Source: Candidatus Bathyarchaeia archaeon
GTDB taxonomy: Archaea; Thermoproteota; Bathyarchaeia; Bathyarchaeales; Bathycorpusculaceae
Direction: 5' to 3'
NCBI GenBank assembly: GCA_049516875.1
Contig: JBEKSS010000001.1
Span: 288,001 to 352,000 of the forward strand
Length of the DNA stretch: 64,000 nucleotides
Below, piece after piece: positions 19,687-29,774 of the stretch; positions within the stretch are counted from its first letter, which is position 1; every line of letters begins with the position of its first letter. A model generated the notes under the pieces. That model ran no database searches, was not told the origin of the DNA, and saw only the letters and a list, made by a program, of their open reading frames with translations. A program made the position numbers and the translations under genes.

Positions 19687-20722
19687 CTCTCTCCATCAAC
19701 CTAATCCTAGGATCCACATAGCCAACTATGATGTCGGCGAGTATGTTTGCTATGGTAAATATTATCCCTACTACCAAGACCACCGCAACTATACCATTAA
19801 GGTCTTTAGCTAACATAACTGTGATGCCATACTTGGAAAAACCTGGATAGTTGAATATCCTCTCAACCAAAAATGCATTTGCCAATATCGAAGCGATATC
19901 CATCCCCATCACTGTGATTGCAGGTATGATAGATGGTTTAAGCAGATACCTAAATCTTATCAGATTGGTAGGCATGCCCTTTGAAACCGCCATCGTTATA
20001 TAATCCTTGCTTTGGTTCTCAACCATACCAGATCGTATGATTCTTGCATCCTGCAGCATTCCACCTGCACACACAGCAAAAGCCGGCAGGACCAAGTGCC
20101 ACCCAAGGTTTCCTAATGCATCGAGTCTCCCTGTTATTAGTGAATCTATCGAGATAAAGCCAGTTATTCTCTGAGGAGACAAAACATCTGTGCTGAGTCT
20201 CCCAAAAGTTGGGAATATTGGTATATACCAAGTAAAAACCAGCTGAAGTACTATTGCCAACACAAATGAGGGAATTGCTATCCCTACGTAAGAGATTATC
20301 CTCAGAATGGTGTCTGGCCATTTGTTTGAATAGGATCCTCCTATAATACCAAGTGTAAAAGCCCCAACCACCTCAAAGATTGCCGCTAGAAATACCAATT
20401 CTAGAGAGGCAGGGAGGAATTCAAGCACATCGGCAGATACATTGCGCTGAGAATATAGTGAGTACCCCAAATCTCCATGAAATAGATTAAATAGCCAGCT
20501 GAAGTACTGCTCATATAGCGGTTTGTTGAGCCCTAGCTGCTGCCTGATTTGCTCAACAACCCAGCCTGGCGCTCTAGGTCCAGCCGCCATTCTGGCCGGA
20601 TCGCCTGGTAAGACTCTCGCAATAATGAATACAAGAATTGACAGGCCGAATAACGTGAGAATGGCGTAGGCGGTCCTCCTCAAAACAAAAGTGGAAGTTT
20701 TCATCGCACCTTCCCTATGCAC
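19679..20722 (-). CDS. oppB: Oligopeptide ABC permease (OppB/DppB)
   Basis: LPGDPA, GDLG.S, HLVLP, VERIF.YPG, DPRIR. Probable start is ATG at about 20705. Confidence 0.92.
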   Translation of the reverse strand: MHREGAMKTSTFVLRRTAYAILTLFGLSILVFIIARVLPGDPARMAAGPRAPGWVVEQIRQQLGLNKPLYEQYFSWLFNLFHGDLGYSLYSQRNVSADVLEFLPASLELVFLAAIFEVVGAFTLGIIGGSYSNKWPDTILRIISYVGIAIPSFVLAIVLQLVFTWYIPIFPTFGRLSTDVLSPQRITGFISIDSLITGRLDALGNLGWHLVLPAFAVCAGGMLQDARIIRSGMVENQSKDYITMAVSKGMPTNLIRFRYLLKPSIIPAITVMGMDIASILANAFLVERIFNYPGFSKYGITVMLAKDLNGIVAVVLVVGIIFTIANILADIIVGYVDPRIRLMERGD

Positions 20723-20846
20723 AAACGATTGCTGACGGATATATAAGTATTACCAACAAGCATCCCAGTTGGTTTCGTCACTGTGCAGTCTCAGCGCTTT
20801 TCAAATGTGAAGTAGCCCCGATGTGAAAACAAAGAAAAAAAGATTG

Positions 20847-22505
20847 TTAATGAGGAAGAATGCCGATATTCCTCACATCAAAGTCGTAGCCCATTCCAGG
20901 AATATGAACCCCGTGTGCAATTGGCCAGTCCACGTAAGTTTGGTATGCGTGTTTGGTATTCATTTCGAATGTGAATATCGTCGGACACAAACCCACAATA
21001 TAACTTTGAATGGCAGCATACTTGGCAAACCTTTCCGTTCTGTTCAGGGTTGAAACAGCATCCTTCATCTGGGCATCAAGCGTGGCATTTTTGAGCCACT
21101 CGTTCTGTTCCCACGTTCCAGCAGAGTTCGATGAATATTTTGATTCAAGAATCGAGCCCGCTTCAGAATAAGACGCAGCCACAGATACGGATTCTATGTG
21201 AGGAGCTGTGTCCACGCTTGCCGTCTCTTGGACAATCGAATTCCACGGCGTCGCAGTCAGTTGTGCTTTCAGTCCTATCTCTTGCAAGCCTTGAGCGAAG
21301 GACAAAGCAATTTTCTCCTCAAACGTTGCATCAGAAGGCCAGTGTATGGTGATTGCATAATTATCAGGGTTGTTGATAATATCCGGATAGTACTTCGACA
21401 GTTTAAGCTCTTCTCGTGCCGCACTGTAATTTAGCGTGTATTGGAAGACATTAGTCCAGCCTGGCAATGTGCTCGGCACGGGACCATCTGACACTGGCCC
21501 ACGATTTTTCATTATTGTGCTTGCCACTGTTTGATAATCGAAAGCATATGCTAAGGCCTTTCTCACGTGGATGTCGTCAAGAGGCGGTTTCTGGGTGTTC
21601 ATCATATAGTAGAGCGGACTATCGCCAGGCACCGTAGTAATGTTGATGCCGGAATTCGTAGCCATGCTAGCGTACCACTCCTCATCCAACCAGCCGAATG
21701 ATATATCCAATTGCCCCTGCAACATTTGGGTCTTCTCCAATGTAGGGTCATTAGCGGTGTAGTATACCACTATATCAGGTGAATTGCTCTTCGTAGTTCC
21801 CCAATAAGCAGAGTACTTTTCGAACGTATAATCTCCCCCTAGCACAATGTTTTTGACCTCTAGGGGACCAGAGCCGGCATCATGGGTCAGCAACCATTCC
21901 CTTCCATAGTCTCCAAAATCGCCATACGAGCCAGGGAATTTTAAATGTGCCATGACTTCCTCATGGTCAACTATGAATAATCTGACAAGTGCGATTAAGA
22001 AAGGCCCAAACGGTTTTGTGAGGTTCACCTGTACTGTATAATTAGCAATTGCGATTGCGCTGTCGTAGTAAGGAGAGAATATGTAGCCATAGCCTTCGCC
22101 AATTGTGACCAACCTCCTCATGCTGAAGGCTACATCTTCAGCTGTCAGTTCTCGCCCAGTATGGAATTTTATGCCTTGTTTAATATTGAAGGTCCAACTC
22201 AAACCATCAGGCGAGGAAGTCCAGTTCTCCGCCACCCAAGGCTTTACGTCCCCTGTCGTAGTGGGGTATACAAGCGGATCGTACAGGTTGATTTCTGCTG
22301 CAGAGCTTGAGAAGTCCGTGCCAACACCAGGGTCGCAAATCGTGTAACCCCCCCAACCAATCCTCAGGTAGGTAGAAGTACCTGTCTGTGAAGACGGTCG
22401 AAATGCTACGTAGTATCCAGCCGCTACCGCTGCTACAACCACGATGACCGCAATTATGATTGCTTGCATTTTTGTTATAGCTGACTTCGATGAAATTGTT
22501 CTCAA
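20847..22505 (-). CDS. oppA: Oligopeptide ABC substrate-binding protein (family 5)
   Basis: N-terminal class III-like signal/TM segment, YDPLV, KFHTG.ELTAEDV.FS, VRKAL.YAFDY. Confidence 0.92.
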   Translation of the reverse strand: MRTISSKSAITKMQAIIIAVIVVVAAVAAGYYVAFRPSSQTGTSTYLRIGWGGYTICDPGVGTDFSSSAAEINLYDPLVYPTTTGDVKPWVAENWTSSPDGLSWTFNIKQGIKFHTGRELTAEDVAFSMRRLVTIGEGYGYIFSPYYDSAIAIANYTVQVNLTKPFGPFLIALVRLFIVDHEEVMAHLKFPGSYGDFGDYGREWLLTHDAGSGPLEVKNIVLGGDYTFEKYSAYWGTTKSNSPDIVVYYTANDPTLEKTQMLQGQLDISFGWLDEEWYASMATNSGINITTVPGDSPLYYMMNTQKPPLDDIHVRKALAYAFDYQTVASTIMKNRGPVSDGPVPSTLPGWTNVFQYTLNYSAAREELKLSKYYPDIINNPDNYAITIHWPSDATFEEKIALSFAQGLQEIGLKAQLTATPWNSIVQETASVDTAPHIESVSVAASYSEAGSILESKYSSNSAGTWEQNEWLKNATLDAQMKDAVSTLNRTERFAKYAAIQSYIVGLCPTIFTFEMNTKHAYQTYVDWPIAHGVHIPGMGYDFDVRNIGILPH

Positions 22506-22652
22506 TATATCCCTCTTTTTATATCAATTCTAGCTTATACTACGAAAGAGCTGAATATTTATATTTTTCGGGTCGAACGGGCGCGGCACTAGTTCGAAGA
22601 ACCCGGAAAAGTTAATATGACTGATTCTCTTATCAAATAAAAAGGATTTCCG

Positions 22653-23693
22653 ATGATTGAAAAACAGAAGATAGTGAAAGGGGTCGTGAACATTCTGGAG
22701 GTGAACATGGGACTGCGAAGTGCTGAAAAAGTACTCATAGTCACAGATGTTCCGACTGCTGATGAATGGGCGAGGTATGACTTTGAAAAACTCACAGATT
22801 TTGTTGAAAGATCCATTTTGGCAAAAGCTGTGAGCGAGGTAGCGCGCGAAAATTTCCCAGATTGTTCAGTAGAATTCTACGCCTATCCCTCCATTGGAAG
22901 ACATGGAGCCGAGCTTGGGAAGGAAATTGAAGGAAGAATGAAAGCTGCGTCAGTCGTACTGGCAATAACCACCTACTCGCTGAGTCATACTGAGACGCGC
23001 GAAAACGCAACCAAGGCGGGGGTCAGAATAGCAAGCATGCCGATGTTCTTGGCAGACATGCTGTATCCAGGAGGTCCTATGACACCCGACTATGACAAAA
23101 TAGAGATAGAGACTGAAAAAATCGCTGCTGCGGTAAGGGAATCTGAAGAAGCAATGGTGACGTCTCCGGGAGGAACAAATATGAAGTTTGGCGTTAAAGG
23201 CAGAAAAGTCATTCCGGAAGCAGGAAACTTCCGCGAAAAAGGCGCCTGGGGCAATTTGCCGGCAGGCGAAGCTGCCTGTGCCCCAATTGAAGGGACAGGA
23301 GAAGGCAAACTCGTTGTTGAAGTAGATTGGTTCTCCAATTTGAAGGAAGACATGACTTTTGTCTTCAAGAATGGACTAGTGGTTGAAATAATCGGCGGTG
23401 GAAAAGTCGGGGACGAGTTCAGAACCTTATTGGCGCCTAAGAAGAATGAAGAACCCTACGTTTCAAGAAGGAATCTTGCAGAACTAGGGATTGGAACTAA
23501 TCCGAACGCGAAAAGACCTGAAAATACTCTTGAGGCTGAAAAAATCAAGGGAACAGTTCACTTGGCAATAGGTAACAGCTTCCATATAGGAGGGAAAGTT
23601 CCTGCTGACTTGCATCAAGACTTCATAATTCCTCGGCCAACATTGCTACTAGATGGAAAAGCCGTAATCAAAGATGGAAAGCTACTCATATAG
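22653..23693 (+). CDS. Aminopeptidase T / AmpS (M29-like)
   Basis: GNLPAGE, ELGIGTNP, EAEK..GTVHLA.G, HQD: full M29-type ligand set. Confidence 0.85.
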   Translation: MIEKQKIVKGVVNILEVNMGLRSAEKVLIVTDVPTADEWARYDFEKLTDFVERSILAKAVSEVARENFPDCSVEFYAYPSIGRHGAELGKEIEGRMKAASVVLAITTYSLSHTETRENATKAGVRIASMPMFLADMLYPGGPMTPDYDKIEIETEKIAAAVRESEEAMVTSPGGTNMKFGVKGRKVIPEAGNFREKGAWGNLPAGEAACAPIEGTGEGKLVVEVDWFSNLKEDMTFVFKNGLVVEIIGGGKVGDEFRTLLAPKKNEEPYVSRRNLAELGIGTNPNAKRPENTLEAEKIKGTVHLAIGNSFHIGGKVPADLHQDFIIPRPTLLLDGKAVIKDGKLLI

Positions 23694-23744
23694 ACCAGAC
23701 AAGAGATTCTCAGCACCCCACATCAGGATTAGTTGGCTTCCTCT

Positions 23745-23774
23745 TACTAACCATGTAACTACTAACCATGTAAC
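23745..23774. repeat. 15-bp tandem duplication
   Basis: TACTAACCATGTAAC x2, perfect. Confidence 0.85.
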
Positions 23775-23981
23775 CCTGCAAGCCTGATATTTTATCAGCA
23801 TTTGGAAGCTTTGCTAGCGGTTTTCGGTTCAATTTCCTTTTCTCATTCTAAGATTATTCGCGCATCGACTGCCTTTGTTCCTCTCATTTAAGCCAGTATC
23901 GGGTTCAAGTCAATTCCGCCTATTCGTGAGTGTTTGATGATGAGTCTTGAGACGCTGATCATGATTTTGATTATCGCCGCG

Positions 23982-23993
23982 ATGCGCGCGCAG
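23982..23993. repeat. GC junction motif ATGCGCGCGCAG
   Basis: Marks the 3' truncation point of the acdB pseudogene. Confidence 0.75.
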
Positions 23994-24510
23994 CCAGAGC
24001 ATTTCTGTATCCCTTTTACAGGGGTATGCTTTTACCTCGCTAATCATGTCAATGGCCTCATGCACAGCTATAGAAGCGATTCTGCGTGTAACACCCTTAA
24101 GGCTCTACGAATATTCCTCCGAGGCCAAACACCAATATTGGACCATACTGAGAGTCTTTATTGGCACCTACGATTACCTAAGTTGATGGAGGTGCCATCT
24201 CTTCGACTAAAAAGCCCCAATTCTTGCATCCCCTTTTTTTCTTTTGACGTTTTCCAGAATCTTTCTGTAGGCATTCTCGACTTCTTTTGTGCTCTTGAGG
24301 TTCACTATTACACCACCGACTTCCGATTTGTGCACTATGTCTAGAGAGGTGATCTTCAAAACCACGGCATAACCATGTTGTCAGCGAAGCTCATCGCTTC
24401 AGCCCCGTTCTTGGCGAGTTCGAACCTGATGACTAGAATTCCATACCCCAAACAAACAGTCTTGGCCTCAGTTTCCAAAAGAGATTTTTGATTTTCTAAG
24501 CCGACCTTTA
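23992..24510 (-). pseudogene. acdB: Acyl-CoA synthetase (NDP-forming) beta subunit remnant
   Basis: Manual minus-strand translation across frameshifts and a stop: LETEAKTVC.GYGI...VVLKITS.DIVHKSEVGGV.VNL...EEMAPPST*VIVGA.KD.QYGP.LVFGLGGIFVE...MISEVKAYP..GYRN, then the GC motif. Confidence 0.85.
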
Positions 24511-24828
24511 GCGGCGATTCCGATCCTCTGCTTAAGGATGAAAACTCCTACCAAATTCAGAGATACGGTATATCTCAGCTTAAATCCACTTTGGAAAAGT
24601 CAATCTGCTCTGCTTTCCATTGTTGCCACTGGATTCAAACGAGCTAAAAAACTGTGGATGGGGCGCCAGTGCATACTGAATTCAACTTCTTTTGGAAAAA
24701 GCACGCTGCGGTAGGTCGATAAAAGTCTAAAACGCTCATTTCGTATTCATCACCAACATAAAAGAGGTTCATTCATGAATATAACAGTAACAGCAAGGAT
24801 GCAATCACAAAGGATATTATATCGGTCG

Positions 24829-24842
24829 AGGCGCGCGCGCAG
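24829..24842. repeat. GC junction motif, (GC)5
   Basis: AGGCGCGCGCGCAG, about 30 bp past the ADH stop. Confidence 0.75.
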
Positions 24843-24869
24843 CTCAAGGCTACATTTCCCTATGGCCGC

Positions 24870-25895
24870 CTAGGGTTTGAGCACAACTCTAATGGGATTC
24901 CCGATCTGCTTCTCCAAGATATCGAGTCCCTGGTTGACCTCTTCCAAAGTAACTGTTTGTGATATCACCCTCTTGACATCCAATCGCCCATGCATAATCA
25001 TGTCTATTAGCGCAGGATATTCCGAGTGTGCGACAAATCCCTGTACTCCGATTATCTCCATCTCTTTTGCAGTCATATCTCTCATTGGAAGATTCGCCTT
25101 CTGTGTTCCAACGCCTGCCAAAACAACTCTTCCCCCTCTTCTAACGCTTGCAATGGCTTGCTCAAAGGTTGCTGGCAGTCCGACGAATTCCAATGCGATG
25201 TCTGCACCAGTTCCATTTGTTATCTGTAGTATTCTCTGAACAGGATCCTCCACTTCTGAATTAACTGTTTCTTCAGCACCGAATTCCATAGCTACCTGTA
25301 GCTTCTTATCCAGAATATCTACAGCTACAACTCGAGCCCCGCTTAGCCTACAGAGCTGAACGGCATTCATTCCCAAACCCCCTACTCCAAAAATGGCCAC
25401 CGTGCTGCCAAACGTTACTCTTGCGAGCTTAATAGCATGAAACGGAGTAGCTAAGGCATCGGTTAGTATCGCTGCTTCTCCATAGGACAACGAATTCGGT
25501 ATCTTGTACAGGTTCTTAGAAGGCACTGCGACATATTCTGCATATCCACCATCAATTTGTATGCCCAGCTCAACTTTACGTTGGCAGATATTGTCTTTTC
25601 CTGAAGCACAGTAATAGCATTCTCCACAAGAAATTATACCTGAAACTAGAACTCTGTCCCCTTTTCCAAATTCTTCGATTTCGGTTCCGATATCTGCGAT
25701 TCGCCCTGAAATCTCATGTCCAAGAATCAATGGAGTCTTCGGGACTCTTATCGCGCCTTTGATGATGTGAAGATCTGAGTGGCATATACCGCATGCCTTC
25801 ACTTTGACTAGAGCCCATTTTTCCCTTATCTTGGGCAAAGGAACTTCTTCTATCCGTAGAGGTTTGTTCGGTTCATAAAAACGTGCAGCTTTCAC
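24870..25895 (-). CDS. Zn-dependent alcohol dehydrogenase (MDR family)
   Basis: CGICHSD, GHE, CGECYYC..C, GVGGLG. Confidence 0.93.
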   Translation of the reverse strand: MKAARFYEPNKPLRIEEVPLPKIREKWALVKVKACGICHSDLHIIKGAIRVPKTPLILGHEISGRIADIGTEIEEFGKGDRVLVSGIISCGECYYCASGKDNICQRKVELGIQIDGGYAEYVAVPSKNLYKIPNSLSYGEAAILTDALATPFHAIKLARVTFGSTVAIFGVGGLGMNAVQLCRLSGARVVAVDILDKKLQVAMEFGAEETVNSEVEDPVQRILQITNGTGADIALEFVGLPATFEQAIASVRRGGRVVLAGVGTQKANLPMRDMTAKEMEIIGVQGFVAHSEYPALIDMIMHGRLDVKRVISQTVTLEEVNQGLDILEKQIGNPIRVVLKP

Positions 25896-27023
25896 CTATT
25901 TCTGCTCCCATTTTGGTCTTGGGAAAATCGGTTTCTTTGACGCAATATCCTTAGGCCAAACCGTGACAAATTGGCCTTCCTGAACCTGGACAATTACACA
26001 CCGAGCCATTGAGTTTTGTCCAGTTGCCGGATCAATCTTTACCCTACCAGCGATAGTCATCATATCAGTTCTTGAAAGAGCTTCACGTATTTCTTCGGGT
26101 TTTGTGGAACCTGCCTTTTCGATACCATTCAATAACACTTGAGAAGCTTGAAAGCAAGAACCAGGATGCTCGATTGGATATTCGCCGTATTTTTGGAAGT
26201 ATCTTTCTGTCAATTCTTTTGATCCTGGTGTCATCATGTCATGACACCAAAAGGCTACGCTAGCAAAATATTCGCTATCCTCTCGAGCATTCTTAAGGAA
26301 TTCAGGAATTGCATGCCCTGCTCCCATACCCACAAACGAGCGAAAATTGTAGTTCTGCTCGCGGATCTGACGTGCAATTAATACTGCGTCATCGACATAG
26401 GATGCAGCCACGATAATATCAGGATCTGCATCTTTCATTTGCTGTATTATGGGGCTGAAGTCTCTTATGTCCTGACCATAAGGTGCCTTGAGGACAGTCT
26501 TCAATCTTAGCTGCTTTGCACGTTTTTCAACCTCGGTCACAAGCATTCTACCTATTAGAAGGTCAATGTAAACTATACCTAGTGTTTTCGCTTTGAGTTC
26601 TTGTATAGCGAAGTCTAGTGCCGTCGTACAGTAAATCGTATTGGTGGCGCTAGCCCTGAAAACATAATGAAATCCGCGCTGAGTCAACTCATCTGCTGTT
26701 GCATCACTTACAACAAATGGAATATGGTACTCGTTAGCTACACTCGCTGCGGGTATTGTGAGCGAACTCGCGTAGCAACCTGTTATAATTGGAACCTTCT
26801 CTTTTTTTATGAGTTGCTCACATTCAACAACTGCGTTCTCAGGTTTGTCACTGCAGTCCACGTATTCGTATGATACCTTTGCATTCCCGAGGGACTTTAT
26901 TCCACCATTTTCGTTAACCATCTCAACCGCAATTTCGTGTCCTCTTCTGCACCTTTCAGCGATTTCAGACATGGAACCGCTCAAAGGCAGGACGCAACCG
27001 ACTTTGACTTCCTTTTCTACCAA
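25896..27023 (-). CDS. LivJ/LivK-type ligand-binding protein lacking a signal peptide
   Basis: VKVG.VLPLSG, N..GGI, G.YASS, YVFR, DFSP...K..DPD. An in-frame stop lies 12 codons upstream and there is no hydrophobic leader. Confidence 0.85.
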   Translation of the reverse strand: MVEKEVKVGCVLPLSGSMSEIAERCRRGHEIAVEMVNENGGIKSLGNAKVSYEYVDCSDKPENAVVECEQLIKKEKVPIITGCYASSLTIPAASVANEYHIPFVVSDATADELTQRGFHYVFRASATNTIYCTTALDFAIQELKAKTLGIVYIDLLIGRMLVTEVEKRAKQLRLKTVLKAPYGQDIRDFSPIIQQMKDADPDIIVAASYVDDAVLIARQIREQNYNFRSFVGMGAGHAIPEFLKNAREDSEYFASVAFWCHDMMTPGSKELTERYFQKYGEYPIEHPGSCFQASQVLLNGIEKAGSTKPEEIREALSRTDMMTIAGRVKIDPATGQNSMARCVIVQVQEGQFVTVWPKDIASKKPIFPRPKWEQK

Positions 27024-27204
27024 TCTTGTACACGCTCTGAGCCTACGCCCTGAAGTCTACCTAGTTTGAATAAGCTAAGAAGTCAGTTGCCTATTAAATA
27101 TTACCTAGTTAGTATAAACCGAGTTGCTTCGAAACAGCAGTGAATCGGCTCGCAATCTTGTTTTCGGATATCGTCGAATACTCTTTCAACTATGTTCAAG
27201 GCTT

Positions 27205-27430
27205 TCACAATTCTATCTTTTTAATCCTTAGGCCGTAAACATTTTGACGGTGCTCTCGTTCTTTGTCAGTACAAGCAAGCCCTTTTCTTTCAGTTTTGAG
27301 GCGAACTGGCTCGAAGAAACGCCTAAGCCTTTCAAATCTGCACAGATGATGTTTCTTTGAACGTTTTCGTAAGTCAATGGAAATTCTGTTCATTCTGCTC
27401 AATTTTCGAGTCGAGAGTCGAGCGTGCGCA
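27205..27430 (-). pseudogene. C-terminal remnant resembling low-specificity L-threonine aldolase
   Basis: With frameshifts reads HARLSTRKLSRMNRISIDL/ENVQRNIICADLKGLGVSSSQFASKLKEKGL, like the LtaE pattern NARxLAxxL..IxID..VETNIV..LG..F...LKExG. Begins at the degenerate motif 27421-27430. Confidence 0.5.
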
Positions 27431-27449
27431 CAGCCTTAGCGCGCGCGCT
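27421..27449. repeat. Paired GC motifs at the livH / ltaE-like fragment junction
   Basis: AGCGTGCGCA-CA-GCCTTAGCGCGCGCGCT. Confidence 0.8.
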
Positions 27450-28234
27450 TTAGGTCCGGACCTATGAAGTATCCACCGACTGTTTCAGCTACAATTATTA
27501 TCAACTCAGCAAAGAAGGCTCCAACGAAATTTCCCATGCTTCCTAAGACAACTGCAGCAATGGCAGAGAGCATGAATGCTTTTCCGACAGTGGAGGTTAC
27601 ACTATAGTAGGCCATAATGTGTAAACCAGCTATCCCAGTAAGAGCCGACCCAATTCCAAAAGCGATCAGATACATGTTGCGAACATTGATGCCCATTACG
27701 CTGGCCACAACTCTATTCTGGCTGACTGCTCGTAAGGCTTTCCAATCCTCGTTCTCTTAAGGAACAAGTACATTCCCAAAGCAGTGAATATTGAAAACAC
27801 AAAAGAAATCAAATGATGAACGTCGGCGAAAACCGAGGACACCACTATCGTTGATACTTCCGACGGTATGCTCCTAACATCGCCTCCCATTAACATAAGC
27901 ATGAAGTTCACCAAGAACAAGGACAGCCCAAACGTCACGTATATTCTGGCTGCCATAGAAAGTTCTACCACGCGACTGATGAGGAATCTCTCGATGATTA
28001 AGCCGATCAAGAAAAGGCTTAGGGGACACACCACGACAGAAAGATAGGGGCTGAGACCGAGGGCAGAGAACATTATCCACGCAACATACATCGCAATCAT
28101 CAAAAACTCGCCTTGGGCAAAGTTGACTATGGCCATCACTCTCCAGATCAAAGTCAGCCCCATGCTGACGAGCGAGTAAATGCCGCCGATCAGTAATCCG
28201 TTAATGATCAGTGGACAATGATGCTTGGATCCAT
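27436..28234 (-). pseudogene. livH: Branched-chain amino acid ABC permease LivH, frameshifted and 3'-truncated
   Basis: NGLL.GG.Y.L.S.GLTL...VNFA.GEF; frameshifts at about 28215 and 27740; GINV...VVLG.MG; ends GPDLK-RAR* inside the GC motif, so the last TM segment is missing. Confidence 0.85.
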
Positions 28235-28364
28235 TGTTTCTTCCTTTTCTTTCTGGTGCAGATTTTATGAACATACAGCAGAGTGCCGCATATAAGGTCT
28301 GTTGAATTCTTGAACTAGCCAGTTCAGATGCGCTAACAAGCATTTAACGCGGGCTGGGGGTTTG

Positions 28365-29378
28365 CTAGAAACCTAATGCCTTGCTTATCGGAGCCAAGCG
28401 GGGATGGACATATTTTCCTTCCTTTTCAAGATAATCTTCACCAACTAATATCGTTGGATTCTGCATAGTGCCATCTGAATGTGAAGCTGCAACTCCTCCT
28501 TTTCCTTTGTAGTATTCTCTTTGGTAACCTATTCCGACAACCACGCTCCCGAAGACTCTGTCGGCCTCTAAGATCTTGTCAGACAGCTTTGCACCAGGAT
28601 TGAAGCCGTAGCTAAAGTGTGCTATGTTGTACATGCTGTCATCATGCCAACTTGCAAGCCATCTCTCCAGCTTTTTTGCTTCGGCACCACCTGCGATGCT
28701 GACTATTCTGCCTTTTTCAACCTTAAGCTCAATCGGGTTATGCAAGATGCCGATTTCAGGGGGAAATATAGCTCCATCAAGCACGATCGTACCACCTACT
28801 GTCTCCTCTACAGGTGCCCATGCGATTTCGCCTGCTAGACCACCACCCACTTCAGAGCGAATGAAGGGACGATGCGCGTCTAACTTGAAAGCGACGTTAG
28901 TTCCCGCAGATGACGTTATCTTCATGCTATCAACTTTTTTGCTTACTTGGACCAGCTCTTTTCCCAATTCGATCATCTTGGCCCAGTCAACATTTCCTAT
29001 TAACCTGACCATCATGCCCACATCCATACCCCACAGCCCCAAATATCTGACACCATTTTCCATTGCGTTTTTCCATGCCTTCGAAAAGAGCAAATACTTT
29101 CTGGAGAATTCCACCATTACATCCGTATTTGACATTGCCGCCGCCACAGGTTTAGGAACATTCGCTTTTTCTCCAATGTCAGGCGGTGCAGCGTACCAAA
29201 TGACCGCGACTTTGGATCCGAGCAAATGTGCTGCCCTTGCCGCTGCCTCGACTACCATTCTATCAGTTTCCGTATCTGCGCATATCAAGAGATGTTCATC
29301 TGGCTTCAAGCCAAGCAAAGTCTCCTCTTTGACAAGAGTGTACGAAGCCTTTGCGAGCTCGAGATCAAAGAACTTCAA
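28365..29378 (-). CDS. AmpS/NicX-fold metalloenzyme, paralogue of 13974..15035
   Basis: L.C.ADTE.D, MDV.MMVR.IG.VD, GEIAWAP, HFSYGFNPGAKL, HSDG. Confidence 0.8.
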   Translation of the reverse strand: MKFFDLELAKASYTLVKEETLLGLKPDEHLLICADTETDRMVVEAAARAAHLLGSKVAVIWYAAPPDIGEKANVPKPVAAAMSNTDVMVEFSRKYLLFSKAWKNAMENGVRYLGLWGMDVGMMVRLIGNVDWAKMIELGKELVQVSKKVDSMKITSSAGTNVAFKLDAHRPFIRSEVGGGLAGEIAWAPVEETVGGTIVLDGAIFPPEIGILHNPIELKVEKGRIVSIAGGAEAKKLERWLASWHDDSMYNIAHFSYGFNPGAKLSDKILEADRVFGSVVVGIGYQREYYKGKGGVAASHSDGTMQNPTILVGEDYLEKEGKYVHPRLAPISKALGF

Positions 29379-29400
29379 AGGGTTTCCTCCTTCTGATCTT

Positions 29401-29477
29401 CGCGCGCTTTTCCTTTCATTGCAACAACCGGCGCGTTCGTATATAAAACCTATGGTGATCCGTGCCGCGCGCGCTGA
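29401..29477. repeat. Two GC motifs bracketing a promoter
   Basis: CGCGCGC at 29401 and CCGCGCGCGCTGA at 29465; TTTTATATA on the minus strand at about 29440-29448. Confidence 0.7.
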
Positions 29478-29774
29478 CGGAATTCTTCAATGGTACTACC
29501 AATGGCCAATGGGGGACAGTTTATCCTTGGAACGTTGCCACAACCACACCGGTCTTTCCAATGCCAATGTATAACCAAAGACCATAACCCACCTTTTCAT
29601 TTTTTGAGGGTTTCATTGAAACATCGCAGCCCGCTTCAAATTCTAAACTGGTTCACTTTGGCTCTTTCTAAGATCTCACTGGCTTGGCCCATGATGAAAA
29701 AGAAAAGAAAGCCAAAGCATCTTCCGCAAGATGTAAATGTTGCCGACCGTAACTATTCAAAACTGTGACGTGGG

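Noticed and set aside
23745-23774. 15-bp tandem repeat as a target-site duplication
   Set aside because: No element lies between the copies; simple slippage explains it.
23934-24344. 136-aa plus-strand ORF
   Set aside because: Antisense shadow of the acdB pseudogene.
28624-29574. 316-aa plus-strand ORF (likewise 10564, 36864, 49209, 51731 and others)
   Set aside because: Antisense shadows of well-supported genes, with no recognisable motifs.
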